A DNA stretch of 64,000 nt, from contig JBHGNT010000017.1 of NCBI GenBank assembly GCA_043228905.1, positions 7,316,001 through 7,380,000 of the forward strand, read 5' to 3'. Below are positions 10,754 to 23,050 of this stretch, piece after piece. Within the stretch, counting starts at the first letter, position 1. The number at the start of each line of letters is the position of its first letter. The notes below the pieces were generated by a model, which saw only the letters and a list, made by a program, of their open reading frames with translations, did not search any database and had not been told where the DNA came from. This stretch comes from Azolla caroliniana (taxonomy: Eukaryota; Plantae; Polypodiophyta). Both the position numbers and the translations under genes were made by a program.

Positions 10754-13700
10754 TGTAAAAGATATTGTGCGGAAGCTTGTAGACAAACCGGCTCAGCCGG
10801 ATAACCACAGTAAAACAAAATGAAGGTTTAATGGAAGCCGAAGAATACAGATTACACAGGAGAGACAGAAAGAGCAGAATAGCATAAACTTAATTAAATA
10901 ATAATAACACTTTGTACATACAAATGTCCTACATAACACTATTTATACAAGTCCTTAAATGGACTAACAAAAGTACTGACAAGTGCTTCAATGCTCATAC
11001 GAGTGATTGACACTAACCCCAAGGAATATGCCTACATACTAGGCTAGGACCGTAGGCCTCTAGCGGCCTACCGGTTACAATCTGATTTGTCTCTCCAGTC
11101 CGTCTCTTGGTTCTGGGCACCTATCCTGTTCTTCTTTCGGATACCGATCCAGCTTTGATTTATTAAGCCGATCCGGATCTGGTTGACCTTGTCTACTCAA
11201 CACTCACCCTCAAGCTCAACTTGAGGTCGGATCGGGGTGTCCTCCGGCTCCTCCCGGCGTCTTCCCGGCTTGCTAGCGTTGCTCGACCTGTCTGGTTCCG
11301 CTTTCCACGACCCGTCCGATTCCGCACCTCTCGACCTTCTTGGTCGTCTTGTCTGCTCATAAGGCCCATCTTAGCTTTATCGTTGTTGTGGCTTCAGCGC
11401 TTCTTGACCCGTTGGTTCGTCCATGTTGCTGTCGACTTCAGCTACCTGCTCGTCCGTTTGGCCTTTAGTTGATTCGGTTTCTCTGAATCGAACTCCTCTT
11501 CTAAATCGGGTGCCTCCAATTCATTCCAACTCTTGTCTAAATTGGCTATCTCCAATTCGTCTTCAACCTCCAGGCCCTTCACCACGTTGAACCATGTCTG
11601 GGTCTTGGCCTTCTCATTCCGGTCGGCTCTGTCCTTCTTGACTCTACCATTGTCACCGCTTGTTCTAACTTGTTCAAATGTGCCAACTTCTTCAGTTGAG
11701 TCGGCTCCTTTTTTCTTCTTGTCTTCCCTTGTTTTAGTTATTTCCTTCTCTCCGTCTCTTTGTTTGGTGTGAGTACTTGTTTTCCCCGTTCTCACCGTAT
11801 CAAATACCGGTTCTCCCCCTCAAGTGCAGCATATCAGGATGTTGAAGACCAAGCATCTCTGAAAAATGCTGCAACTTGTCAGTTCCAAGTACTTTGGTGA
11901 AGATGTTGGCAACCTGTTGATTTGTCCGAACATACCGGAGTTCGACTTCATAGGTAAGCACCCGCTCACGCACAAATTGGTAATGCACTCCGATGTGCTT
12001 CGTCTGAGCATGGAACACGGGGTTCTTGGCCAGTTGCATGCTATTCATGTTGTCGCAGTAGATCGGTATCAGAGTCGATACTTCGATCCGGAGGTCTTGC
12101 AAGAGCGCCGAAGCCAGATGGCTTCATAGGTGGCAACGGTAGCACCCCGATATTAAGCCTCAGTGCTCGATAGAGCCATGACTGTTGGCTGCTTCTTTCT
12201 GTTCCATGCAACAACCACGCTACCTAGAAAGAACATAAAACCGGATGTGGACTGATGATCCGACACGTCACCGACCCAGGCGACATCCGTATATCCAACT
12301 AGCTTTTCGGTTATATTTTGTCGATATAACAATCCCCAATCCTTAGTACCGCTAACATACCTTAGTATTCGGTGCGTGAAGTAAAGGTGCTCCATGGTCG
12401 GCTTCTGCATAAATTGTCTTATCATCCCGACTGGATAGTTGATGTCAGGTCAGGTGATGGTCAAATATATAACGCTTTCAACAATTTGTCAGAACCGTTT
12501 CTCATCGTAGGCCAGTTCGGAGCCGGGACAAAGCTTCAGGTTCCGGTCTAGGAGCGTGGACATTGGTCGGCAATCGGTCATGCCGAACTTGTACAACATA
12601 TTTTAGCAGGTAGTGTCATTGAGAGAGCAATATGTCGTCGGGGGTGTGGATCACTTCGATCCCGAGGAAGTAATGAAGGTCCCCTAGTTCCTTCATTTCG
12701 AATGCATTTGATAGCTTGGTCTTCACTCGGCTGATTTTAGTGAGGCCGGGTCTAGTGATGACTAAATCATCCACATATAACACGATACAAACTAGACCTT
12801 CCAGACCTTCCCAGATGAATGGTGAAGAGTCGGACTTGGACGCTGCCAACCCCAGCTTACGCAACCGGTGCGTGATTTTCGAGTTCCAAGCACGAGGAGC
12901 TTGCTTCAGCTGTAAAGCGACTTCTTGAGTCGGCATACTGCAGACTTGTTCATCTGTGACTGAAATCCGAGGGTTGGATCATGTAGACCTATTCTTCAAG
13001 CTCACCTTGAAGAAATGCATTCTTCACGTCCATTCGGTGAAGATGCCACCCCCTTGCCGAAGCAACCGGAGTGAAGGTCTCGTCGTAGTCGATTCTGTGG
13101 GATCGGAGTCGGTAGATAGTACCATGATGCCGACTCATCAAATTTGACATCTCGGCTTTTACTCCGAGTGTCTTTTTCCGAGGGTTGTAGCACTTCTACC
13201 CCTTTTGCTCATGTGAGTAGCGGACTAGAATGCACTTCCAAGAATTTGGGTCTAGCTTCCTCCACTTCTCATCCGGTACATGCACATAGGCAATGTTGCC
13301 GAATATCCTCAAGTGTCTTAAGTTCGGCTTCCACCCGAAATACAATTCATGTGCTTAGACCTTCTCCTCGATCTGGTTTTGGATGTAGATAGTTGTCCGG
13401 ACAACATTAGCCAAGTAAAACTTGGGCATGCTTTTCTCCTCTAGAATTTCCCATGCCACCTCCATAATGGACCGATTCTTCTTTTCAGCCACACCGTTTT
13501 GTTCCGGCGTGTATCTACATTTGAATTCCCTCTGAATTCCTTTCTACTGGAGATAACTGTTAAATTAGCCAAAAATGTATTATTTTCTACCATCCAACTG
13601 CAGGCACTTGATCTGTCTCTACGTTTCCCGTTCAACAAGACTTTGTAGGTTCTGGAAACCGTCGAAGACTTCTCTTTTCTTCTCGATGAGATAGATCCAT

Positions 13701-15913
13701 GTGTGTCAGTTGTAGTCGTCGATGAAGGAGGCGAAATATCGGCACCCACCAAAACTAACATTGTGTGTCAGTCCCCATACGTCTGAATGTATCAAGTCGA
13801 GCTTGTTACGGCTCCAATTTCTTTTGGTGCGGAACGGAAGCCGATGTTGCTTCCCAAGCTGGCCGACTTCACATATTTCGGCCTTCCGACCACTGAATTT
13901 TGGTAATCCAAAAACAACATGTTTCGATTGCTGGTCTTGAAGCCTCTGATTGTTTACGTGGCCGATCCGCTTATGCCACAAGCCGATATCCGACTCGACT
14001 TTCTGTCCTTTTGCAAACAAAGCATTGCCAACACTATTGGTTTCGAGGATAAACATCCTCCCATCCCGACGCCCTTGCGCAATGATCCAACCCTCTTCCT
14101 CAATGAAGCACCCGAGATGCGTAAACCGCACCTGCATCCCCTTGTTGACGATGTGCCTGACCGACACAAGGTTCTTTGTGATTGTCGGGATGTGAAGCAC
14201 GTTCATAAACTTCCCTTGTTGTCCGACATGACTCAAGGTGACTTCTCCGACATGCTCATCGGGTGAGGAGTGTCATCTTCATTTTCGACAACTCCCGATT
14301 GATGCGGGTTTTCTAGAAACGAGAACCACTCTTTGTGGCTCGTGATGTGGTTAGATGCTCCGGAGTCAACATACCACACTTCCTCTGATCCGGAAGTGGT
14401 CTTCTTCATCAAGTTCACCTTGTGTTTCATCACAAAGGTTGGCCCTTTTCCGGTCTTTCTTGTTTCGGATCCTTCTGATCCGTCGACGAGCTTTGTCGGT
14501 TCCCTTGTCTAGCCTTATCGGATCTGGATTTATCTGAATCGACGTGTTTCTTCCAGCACTCGCTTTCTCTGTGGCCCTTACGGCCACAATACCAACATTT
14601 TGAGTCCGCGTTTCCTTGCCAGTTGGTTGTGGAGGGTTCGGAACGGCTGTCGACACTATCTCTATGCCACCAGTTCTGCTCTTGGCAGCCGCCACGCCAC
14701 TATTGCGTGGCGACTCACCTTTTCCTCCACATCTACGGAGCCGATTCGTCTCCATGTACAACATTCGACAGTCCAATTGAGTGGTCCTTAACCCATTCAT
14801 GTGGTTTTCTTCGACCATGAGCATCGATTGCAGGTCGAAGAAATACAATGGTTTCTCCTAGGTGCAAATTGTCGTCCGGATTGGCCTGTACCGGTGTGCT
14901 AGACCACCAAGGCAGAGCTAGACCATCTTGTGTTCGTCCACCATCACATTGATGGACCTGAGCGCATGGAAAATCTCCTTGATCCTTGTGTAGTTAGTGA
15001 CCGACATGTCCTGTTGTCGAATACTGTTGAGGTCTTGCCGGAGCTGCAACTTCTGATCCGTGGTACTTGCGGCGAAAATCTTTTGGAGATTTTCCCAGGC
15101 CTCCTTAGGTGACTTTGCGTCTCTAATGTAGCCGAGCACTTGGTCGTGCACAGAGGACGTGAGGCAGTACAACACTCTGCTCGCTCCTTTCTCCTATGCC
15201 GGGAAGTCCTTGTGTACCGAATCCGGCGCTGCTACATTTGCTCCTTCCACATAGCTCTAGTATACGTGCCCTAGCAGGTACTGGTGCATTTTATACGACC
15301 AAGATGCATAGTTGCTCTAGTCGAGCTTTTCTGTAGGAAGCAAGCTCGCCATGCTTCTGTCCATATCTTTCTTCTCTCTTATGTTCTTTACCAGTGACTA
15401 GGGTTTGTCTATTTCGAGCAGTTGTCGGTAGCAGAGGTTGTCAACCCTCGCACTCTAATACCATGTAAAAGTTAATATGCGGATGCTTGTAGACAAACCG
15501 GCTCAGCCAGATAACAACAGTAAAACAAAATGAAGGTTTAATGGAAGCTTAAGAATACACAATACATAGGAGAGCCAGAGAGAGCATAATGACATAAAAT
15601 TAATTAAATAATAATAACACTCTGTACATACAAATGTCCTATAGAACACTTTTTATACAAGTCCTTAAAAGGACTGACAGAAGTATTGGCAAGTACTTCA
15701 ATGCTCATACGTGCGACTAACTCTTAATCCAAGGAATATGCCTACGTTCTTGGTTAGGACCGTAGGCCTCTAACGGCCTATCGATTACAATCTGATCCGT
15801 CTCTCCGGTAGGTCTCTTGGTTTGGGATACCTATCTGGTTCTCTGTTCTAGATATTGATCCGACTCTGGCTTATTTAGCCGATCTAGATCTAGTTGAGCT
15901 TTTCCGCTCAACA
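10754..15913 (-). mobile_element. Ty1/copia element B (same family as A), internally deleted
   Basis: LTRs 10754-11202 and 15464-15913, near-TSD GTTAT/ATTAT, degenerate iMet PBS at 15452-15463. Gag, protease, integrase, RT and RNase H fragments present. A deletion joins the integrase tail to RT near 13095. Inserted in a LINE remnant. Confidence 0.92.
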
Positions 15914-16680
15914 ATTATGTATTCCCCCCAAATTATGGATTTATTTGGGAGAAACTACAAGATATACCATTGTTGCAAGGATCTTTGCCATCAAAAATAA
16001 ATGTTGCACATTGGGTGGATTGGTGGTTACAAGATGGTACACGCTTGTTACAGGTCACTAAAAATATATTGTATCATCAGGCAATGGCATCATTATCTTG
16101 GTTATCTCCTTAAGCAAAGAAGTTGTGGAATGTATGTAAGTCGAATGCAAGGTGGTGGAAAATATGACAACATGATTGACATTCCCATCTACCATTTTGT
16201 GCAAAGGTATTCATATGGAGAGTCATGATTGGTGAGCTCCCATTAGGTTCAACCTTAAAGAGACGAGGACTAGGGTCTAACACTTATTTCTTTTACATTG
16301 TTCCATTGGAGGATAGTACACATAGGTTCATTTAATGTCCAATAGTGTGTACCATTTGGAAGAACTTATCAAACATTTGGCAAGACTGTTTTAACCCGTT
16401 AATATTTGAGACCTCAACAATGGATTTTTTCTCAATATGTTCAAAATGGTTCAAATGATGAGATGGAGATATTGTTCCAATTTTTCCGTTATTGGGGACT
16501 ACAACACAATTGGAATATGTATAATGCTTTCATGTTTGATAATAGGTATGGAGTGAAAGCCTATATAAGGAAGTTGAAAGGTATTCTCATGTGAAAATTT
16601 TGGATGTTACAACATGTGGGGATCATTTCCTTAAATGCATATTCAAGTCTTTTAATGGCATTACAAGACATCCCTCTCCC
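15914..16680 (+). mobile_element. Degenerate LINE ORF2 C-terminal remnant (continues 10694-10753)
   Basis: Sequence joins across copia B (aagcgatggttat | tattcccccaaattatgg). Cys/His and WGLQH.WN..NAFMFD remnants resemble ORF2 ends. Confidence 0.55.
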
Positions 16681-16829
16681 TACATAGACATATGAGAGTT
16701 GTAGGAGACTAAGAAGTGTTGTAACTAAGTAGATTTTACATACAATTAATATAATTGTGTGCTTTTACCAAAAAGAGAGAGACAGAGAGAGACAGAGAGA
16801 CAGAGATGTCAACCAGATCCACCATGGAT

Positions 16830-17356
16830 ATTTTATTGAGCATGAAGGATTGGTGCACGGGAAAACAAAGATTCAAGCATTGTGATGGTGATTACTCAAT
16901 GGAAGTATTCCTCTAAAGATTCGACATTCTGTATGTGGATAACATTTAGTAAAATTGTGGCAAGATGCATTATCTCTTTTTGAATGGGAACCATCAAGTC
17001 ATGGGAAAGAGAAGTTGAGATGTCAATTCAATCATTTATTTCGATTGGGGATTGTACATTTCAAAGATGTGGTTGATAATGAATGTCAAAGGTTGTCGGA
17101 TTTTGAAGGTGCCAAGCGATGGTTATCTATTCCCCCAAATTATGGATTTACTTGGGAGAAATTACAAGATATACCATTGTTGCAAGGATCTTTGCCATTG
17201 AAAACAAATTTTGCACCTTGGGTGGATTGGCGGTTACAAGATGGTACGCGCGTTACAAGATGGTACGCGCGTTACAAGATGGTACGCGCTTGTTACAGGT
17301 CAGTACAAATATATTGTATCATCATGCGATGACATCATTATCTTGGCTATCTCCTA
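16830..17356 (+). mobile_element. Second copy of the same LINE remnant, with 19-bp unit x3
   Basis: 17066-17355 duplicates 10694-10753 plus 15914-16112. gttacaagatggtacgcgc is repeated three times at 17233-17289. Confidence 0.55.
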
Positions 17357-18168
17357 AAAACACCGAAAAATTTGAAACAGATAAAATATGTTGCATTCCT
17401 TTATTGATAAATACGTGAAATGTCAAGAATTACCATTTTGGAACAAACATTGAAGAATCTATCACGCTTGCGCACATGATTTTTAAAAACATCACCCAAA
17501 AAGGTAGTTAATATTTTTAAGATTAAAAATTTAACCGATATTTTCTCAATTCATACTCAAATTTATCCTAATCTTAGATAAGATGACGGGAATGCATCCA
17601 ACTATAATTGTAATTTATGCTTCATTGTACATAATGTGTAATTCGAATCCAACTTAACAATTTTAGAAATGAAATTTTGTTACTATATTTGTCTCTAAAT
17701 CTTATAAAGATTGGTATGTCAATTTTGTAAATAGGATTTTTTGTTTAATTAGAAAAACTTTCACAAATGAATATCTCACGATATACCACACATGCCCAAA
17801 AACCATTACGAACATTATATCCCAATCATAAATGAACAACATGAATGTATTATCATATGAGCAATGACGTTGACTTAATATTATTGTGTTTACGCGAAAC
17901 TAAATTACGAAAATTAAAGACAACATAAATGTTAGAATAAAGACTAAATCCAATTATATTAATCGAGAAACAATTATAACCAACATTTGTCATACAATCG
18001 ATAATTCAATGGAAATTATACTTAACCACATGCTTTACAAGTCAACCTTTGTAAACATATGATAGACAAATAAAGTTCGAGACACCAATAGGATAGATTA
18101 AAGAAATTATACTCAAACGAAAAAGTTCTTATATTTCAAAAAAGAAAATCAGTTACAAATACAAAGTA

Positions 18169-21100
18169 TTATACAATTGAGTCCATTAGGAAGTCTAGAA
18201 TAGGCTGCTCTCCAAGATGAACTGATAGTTGTGTCGTATCCACTTGTTCCGTCTGGTCAACTGAATCTTGTCTTTGTTCAGACTCTAGTACATCTTCGAG
18301 GTCGACCAGGTTCCCTCCATCTATAGGTTCCATCGGTTCCCTGGAGGTCAGCTGAAACATCTCATTTTCATTTATGTGCTTTGCCCCAACCTCGTAGTCC
18401 TAGTTGGGACAATCCCAGCTACCTTGGATCCTCATTTTAATAAAACTTACTTTGGAGGGATCCTTCTCCAAGGCAACGCAATTCCTAAATAATTTGAGAG
18501 CGCATGTAGTTGTTGTTCTTCAATAAACAATCATACATGCAAAAGTAAGAAAACAAAGACGAGAAATTCTAATTTATTTAAAGATAGATTGATCACCAAT
18601 TATGAGAATACCTATTCCAGAGAATAAGTCGCGCACCCAATCATCAGGGTTAGAGAACAAATCAACCAATTGATTAATTAATCGTTGGCGCTTTTGATAT
18701 GGGTTTACTAGACACTTGTCGCCAGAAACATGGCGCAATCTCTTTGCTACTACTGGGCACATGAAATAATTGACGACTTTCCGCTCATTCACATGTGTGC
18801 GAGCCTCCTTCTTAGAAATAGCATCGTAGTACCCCACACACATATGCTCCACAATGCTCACCATTCGATCGCCCGGGGTACGAGTTATGTTCATTTTAAC
18901 CCTATTTGTAATGGAATGGAAACAAGTCAATATCTATGTAGTAAGTACAATAGAAGCCATATATTAAATATATAGCAACAGAAAGCTTACCAATGCATGT
19001 GTTCGGTGGCATGACATCTCGACTTCAGTGCAGTAGTGACCGATAAAGCATGACCCATACTGTGACATATTACTATTCGCCATAATGGAGGTAGGGTCAA
19101 CTCTCCAAAGTCTTTCACCATCTTTTCTATTTGCGGATATTTATATGGTAAATCGTCGTATGTGGACCCTGTTATTCGAAACCCATATGCTATGTCCGTG
19201 ATGAGCAATGTATAATGCCTCTTGGGTAATATGTCAAGCAGATTACCCACATCACTATTATATGCACTATAATACAATTGTCTTCATTACTGTCACCCAT
19301 TTTTTTGAGTGAGGTGGTTTCTGCAATTATAAGAATTATAAGAAAATGCGTATTATCTTAATATCAACTATAGAAGATCTAAACACACTTGCCCATTCTC
19401 TAAATACGATGAAAAATTCTTTAACGGCCTGATACAATGATGTTTTTGGGCACGAATGCTCCACTTCATCCCACGTAGGCAGGGACAACTTTTTCATCAT
19501 CAGCTTTTGTATCTTCATATAAACCTTATAGCTAAAAAACATTACACATTAAGTTTAGAATAAAAAGCAAATTAACAAAGCAATCCAATGAAAAACAATC
19601 ATCACATAGAATACTCACTTTTGAAACTCTATGACCATGGCATCTAAGTTGAACTCCTTGGTGGCCACTCTTGATAAAACAGATATTAATAATCTGTCAT
19701 CCTTTATCCCTTGCAATGACCGCCAAGGAAGCAGCTTCATGTCCTCGCGACTTATTCTTTATCTCCACTTGAGGGTCCAACTTAGCCTTCTTCGATCGTT
19801 GGCCCTTTATCTCTTTTTGCTCCCACATACTTAAAATTCGATCTTGGAGGTCCCACACCTCCCCTATTCTAAAAGCAAGTTGAAACCATGAGTCATACTT
19901 CCTCATGCCTTTAGACTTTGTGCTTTCATCTACTGTTATCCTCACTTCAAACAAACATTGTCGTCGCAATCTAGGATGCAGCCTAGGACCAAATTTTTGC
20001 AAAGGATCAAGGTACTCATGATGAAAGAACTTGATGCGCTCTATACATGACATCTTCTATCTATAGTCATTATCATTATTGTGGTCCCAAGCTAGCAACT
20101 TGGCTTCGTCATGTGTAAGCCCAACATACACTTTACATTCTATATATTTGAAGAACGGGGTAAGAGGATACTCCTTGGCAAGTTGATATCGGGCAACATC
20201 AGAGTGGGATCCTCCAATCACGTAGTATGTGTAATCATCAGCCGAACTATACTTGAAGTCAACTACAATTGGGCACTGATCTAGATCTACCATTATGAAG
20301 AATGACAATACAATAGCATGTGGATTTATCTTCATTTTGCTTTTCAAATTCTGCACATGCATTGAATGTGGCACTCTTATCTCTAGAGCCCATCGTCCTA
20401 TTTCCGAATCAATTGGTGGCATCTGAATACAATATTTCTCAAATCTGATTTTGCTTTGAGGTGAGGATTCCCAAGGCAATCTGGCCACTTGGAGGAATTA
20501 CTTCGAGTTGTGTATCTTCGTCCTCATCTTCAACGAACTCGAGTACTTTGGGCTCGCCCTCCTCAGCATGTTGCTAGTTCATGTACTTCTTGTGTTCTGC
20601 TTTTCCATTTTTGGTAGACTTCGGTGGCGTGCATGCTTGCACGACCATGAGTTCTCCTTTGATATACGGGTGCAAAGCAACAATCAAATTGTTTTTTGTT
20701 TGTACATCTTTCTTTAAGGCTTTGGGGTGGCAGGAGTCGGTTATAAAATTGCCTTCATCAACCCAAACTCTTCGCATCTCCACTGAGCTATCAATATCTA
20801 AAAGCAGGTTTGATGAGTCATTGTCCTAATATTCAACGTTCTTTATTTGCCCGTAGTTGAAGGTCTTTCCCACTTGAAGGTTTCCTTCACCTTCGGATTT
20901 TGCAAGTATGAGGAGCAAATCCCCTTCTTCCTCGGAATAGATCAACATCCATTCCACATGGGGGTATGTCTTGAGGCAAGGCCCCCTTGTCTTTCTGGCT
21001 AAAGTCTTCATAGTATTTACGCCCGAAGACTTGGAGATCCCATCACCTGTAGACTCAATCAGAGTTTTCCAAGATACTTGCTTATGCATGTGGTCGATAG

Positions 21101-21713
21101 GTTTTTTGGTTGGGGAAGGAATCTTCAATTTGAAAGATGGCACCTTCTAACGCGGTTCACTGAAAACAACAAGTAAAAACACAATGATATAAAAATATTC
21201 TTAAAAATAAACACTTTAAACTTTAAAACAAAGGTAAAGTTCATCAAAATTAGTAGAAAAACACTCAAATTTAAATTTAAACTTGTATCAAAAACACTTA
21301 AAAAATCGGTAATAAAATAGCAAAAAAGTTATTATTTCTAGTATATCAATCCTAAAACTTTCCTCCTTCAACGAGAACTTGAGTTCCCGTTGAAAGCAAC
21401 ACTCATTCAACATGAACTCAATGCACTGCATTGAGTTCTCGTTGAACGTCACTCTCTTTCAACCAGAACTCGATGTAGTGCATCGAGTTCTCATTGAATA
21501 ACTATTGCTTTCAACGGGAACTCGATGCAGTGCATCAACACTACATCCAGTTCTCATGGAAAACCACCCTCTTTCAATGAGAACTCGATGCATTGCATCG
21601 AGTTCTCGGTGCAAAAAATGAACAAAAATAAAATGGAATCTTTTGAGAATCTTTAGAGAATCTTAAAAAACAATTAAAAATAGATACCTGTCAATTTTAT
21701 TTCCCTTGTTCAT
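18169..21713 (-). pseudogene. Spliced ParB/Srx-like domain + beta-class N6-adenine/N4-cytosine DNA methyltransferase gene (disrupted)
   Basis: ATG 21713. Introns 21687-21160, 19618-19532, 19392-19321 (GC-AG), 18990-18902 and ~18611-18519 (acceptor decayed). ParB-like IRVPHSMHVQNLKSKM...YYVIGGSHS...VYVGLTHDEAKLLAWDHN. MTase LLITDIAYG (motif IV), HW|VKMN, NPYQKRQRLINQLVDLFSNPDDWVRDLFSGIG|TTTTCALKLFRNCVALEKDP (motifs X, I, II). Five in-frame TAG stops and several frameshifts. Confidence 0.8.
21367..21614. repeat. Array of five palindromic units (41-bp consensus) separated by 11-bp variable spacers
   Basis: Consensus TTCAACGAGAACTCGATGCANTGCATCGAGTTCTCGTTGAA. Units start at 21367 (centre deleted), 21406, 21458, 21510 (11-nt insert) and 21573. 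Confidence 0.9.
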
Positions 21714-21819
21714 GTTGCTAATGTCGACTCGATTTGATCGGGGAGGTGAAAACAGAAGGTTTGGGATGCTTTGTGCTCTTTTGCGTCTTGAATGCGATAA
21801 TGACAATGAGAGGAGGCCT

Positions 21820-22035
21820 TTCCTTTATATAATTTTTTAAAAAAAATTTAAAATATATTTTAAAATTTGAATTACTGTAGAAGAAAATTTTGAGCTATTT
21901 TAGACTAAGTTGAGCTTACTTAGTCTTAGTCGAGATGTCCTCAACCTCGACTAAAAATTCTCTATTCTCCATTGAGCCTTTTAAATTATCTGATAACTCG
22001 TTATTCTCTATCGAGGAATATAACTATATAAATAA
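21820..22035. promoter_or_regulatory. Putative divergent promoter with back-to-back TATA boxes
   Basis: TATATAAA on the minus strand at ~21824-21831 upstream of the MTase ATG, and TATATAAA on the plus strand at ~22025-22032 upstream of the transposase ATG (22047). Confidence 0.45.
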
Positions 22036-22046
22036 TAAACGGTGCC

Positions 22047-23050
22047 ATGTAGTCCAACGATCATGTTGGGAAAAGTTCCAGTTCAGTTTTTTCAATTGAG
22101 CCTTTTAACTTGGGTAGACTACGAAAGAATAATGTAGTTACAAATCATGAGGATTCTTGTTTATGTAATGTTGACGAGGATTGTCTCAATAAGCCTCTGA
22201 ATTTTCGAAGAGTTTCTCGAAAAGTGAGTGTTAAAAGATATAATTTTCTTTGTTCAGATCGCCAAATTGCATTTGATATATGCAAGCCATGTTGTGGGAA
22301 TCTTTGTCTTTCAAATTTTGGAAAGACAAACTTGAGGGGGTCACGACAGAAGTATTTGTCACTTAATGGCGACGAACAAGATACTTTCTTGATTTCACAT
22401 ATGCAACTTGTTAAGGACCACACGGCAATTTCAAGTTCTCTGCATGTGGAATATTACCTTTCACTTAGTATGAAGAGTTGTCGAGTAGCTTTCAAGATTG
22501 CTTGTAGCATTGGTAATATGCGGCTCCAGAGAATTCAATAATAAAGGGCTCCAGAGAATTCAACATTAGTAAAGGGCTCGTGCGTACCTTTCAACAATAA
22601 ATATTTGGGATGCAAGGGTCTAATTGGGCGACATGTTGTTAGATGGATGGAGATATATTTCTCGAAGCAATGTGATGTTATGCCCACCATTGGAAGATTA
22701 CATTTGTCAGATTAATTTCACTCGTCGTGAGTTAGAAAGTGTACCTTACATACAATATCGGCATTTTAATCGATTATGGAGATCGAAGTTTAACAATGTG
22801 ATGATACCCCACAAGGTCCGGATGGGTGTTTGCTCTGTATGTGCAAGTTTAAAAAGCAGGGCAAAGAGTGGAACGACAGATGAAGAAATAAACACTTATA
22901 AGGATTTATTAAAACAACATTGAGAAAGTCAAGCGTTGGAAAGAATTAAAGCTAATAGAACCATCGTCAAAAAGCACTTCAATCACCGGAAAGGTACATG
23001 TGCTTCATTATGGATGGGATGGATCAGAAGAAAACTTGGTTGCCCAAGGA
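22047..23050 (+). pseudogene. DNA transposase N-terminal half (DGMDQ-type, Sola-related DDE family), truncated
   Basis: gccATG at 22047 is in frame with ORF 22110 (TAG at codon 2). Motifs CCGNLC, CRVAFK, WMEIYFSKQCDVMP..RLHL, FNRLWRSKFNNVMIP, CSVC..H and CFIMDGMDQKKTWLP. It breaks off just after the first catalytic Asp region. Confidence 0.68.

Noticed and set aside
17357-17375. CACTA-like terminus (caccgaaaaa) for the MTase-bearing element
   Set aside because: No matching inverted end or TSD was found in the window, so it cannot be supported.
21367-21614. CRISPR array
   Set aside because: Spacers are only 11 nt, the repeats are full-length palindromes, there are no cas genes and the context is a eukaryotic intron.
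18169-21713. Bacterial contamination or a prophage R-M gene
   Set aside because: It has spliceosomal introns with consistent phase and is continuous with plant retroelements on both sides.
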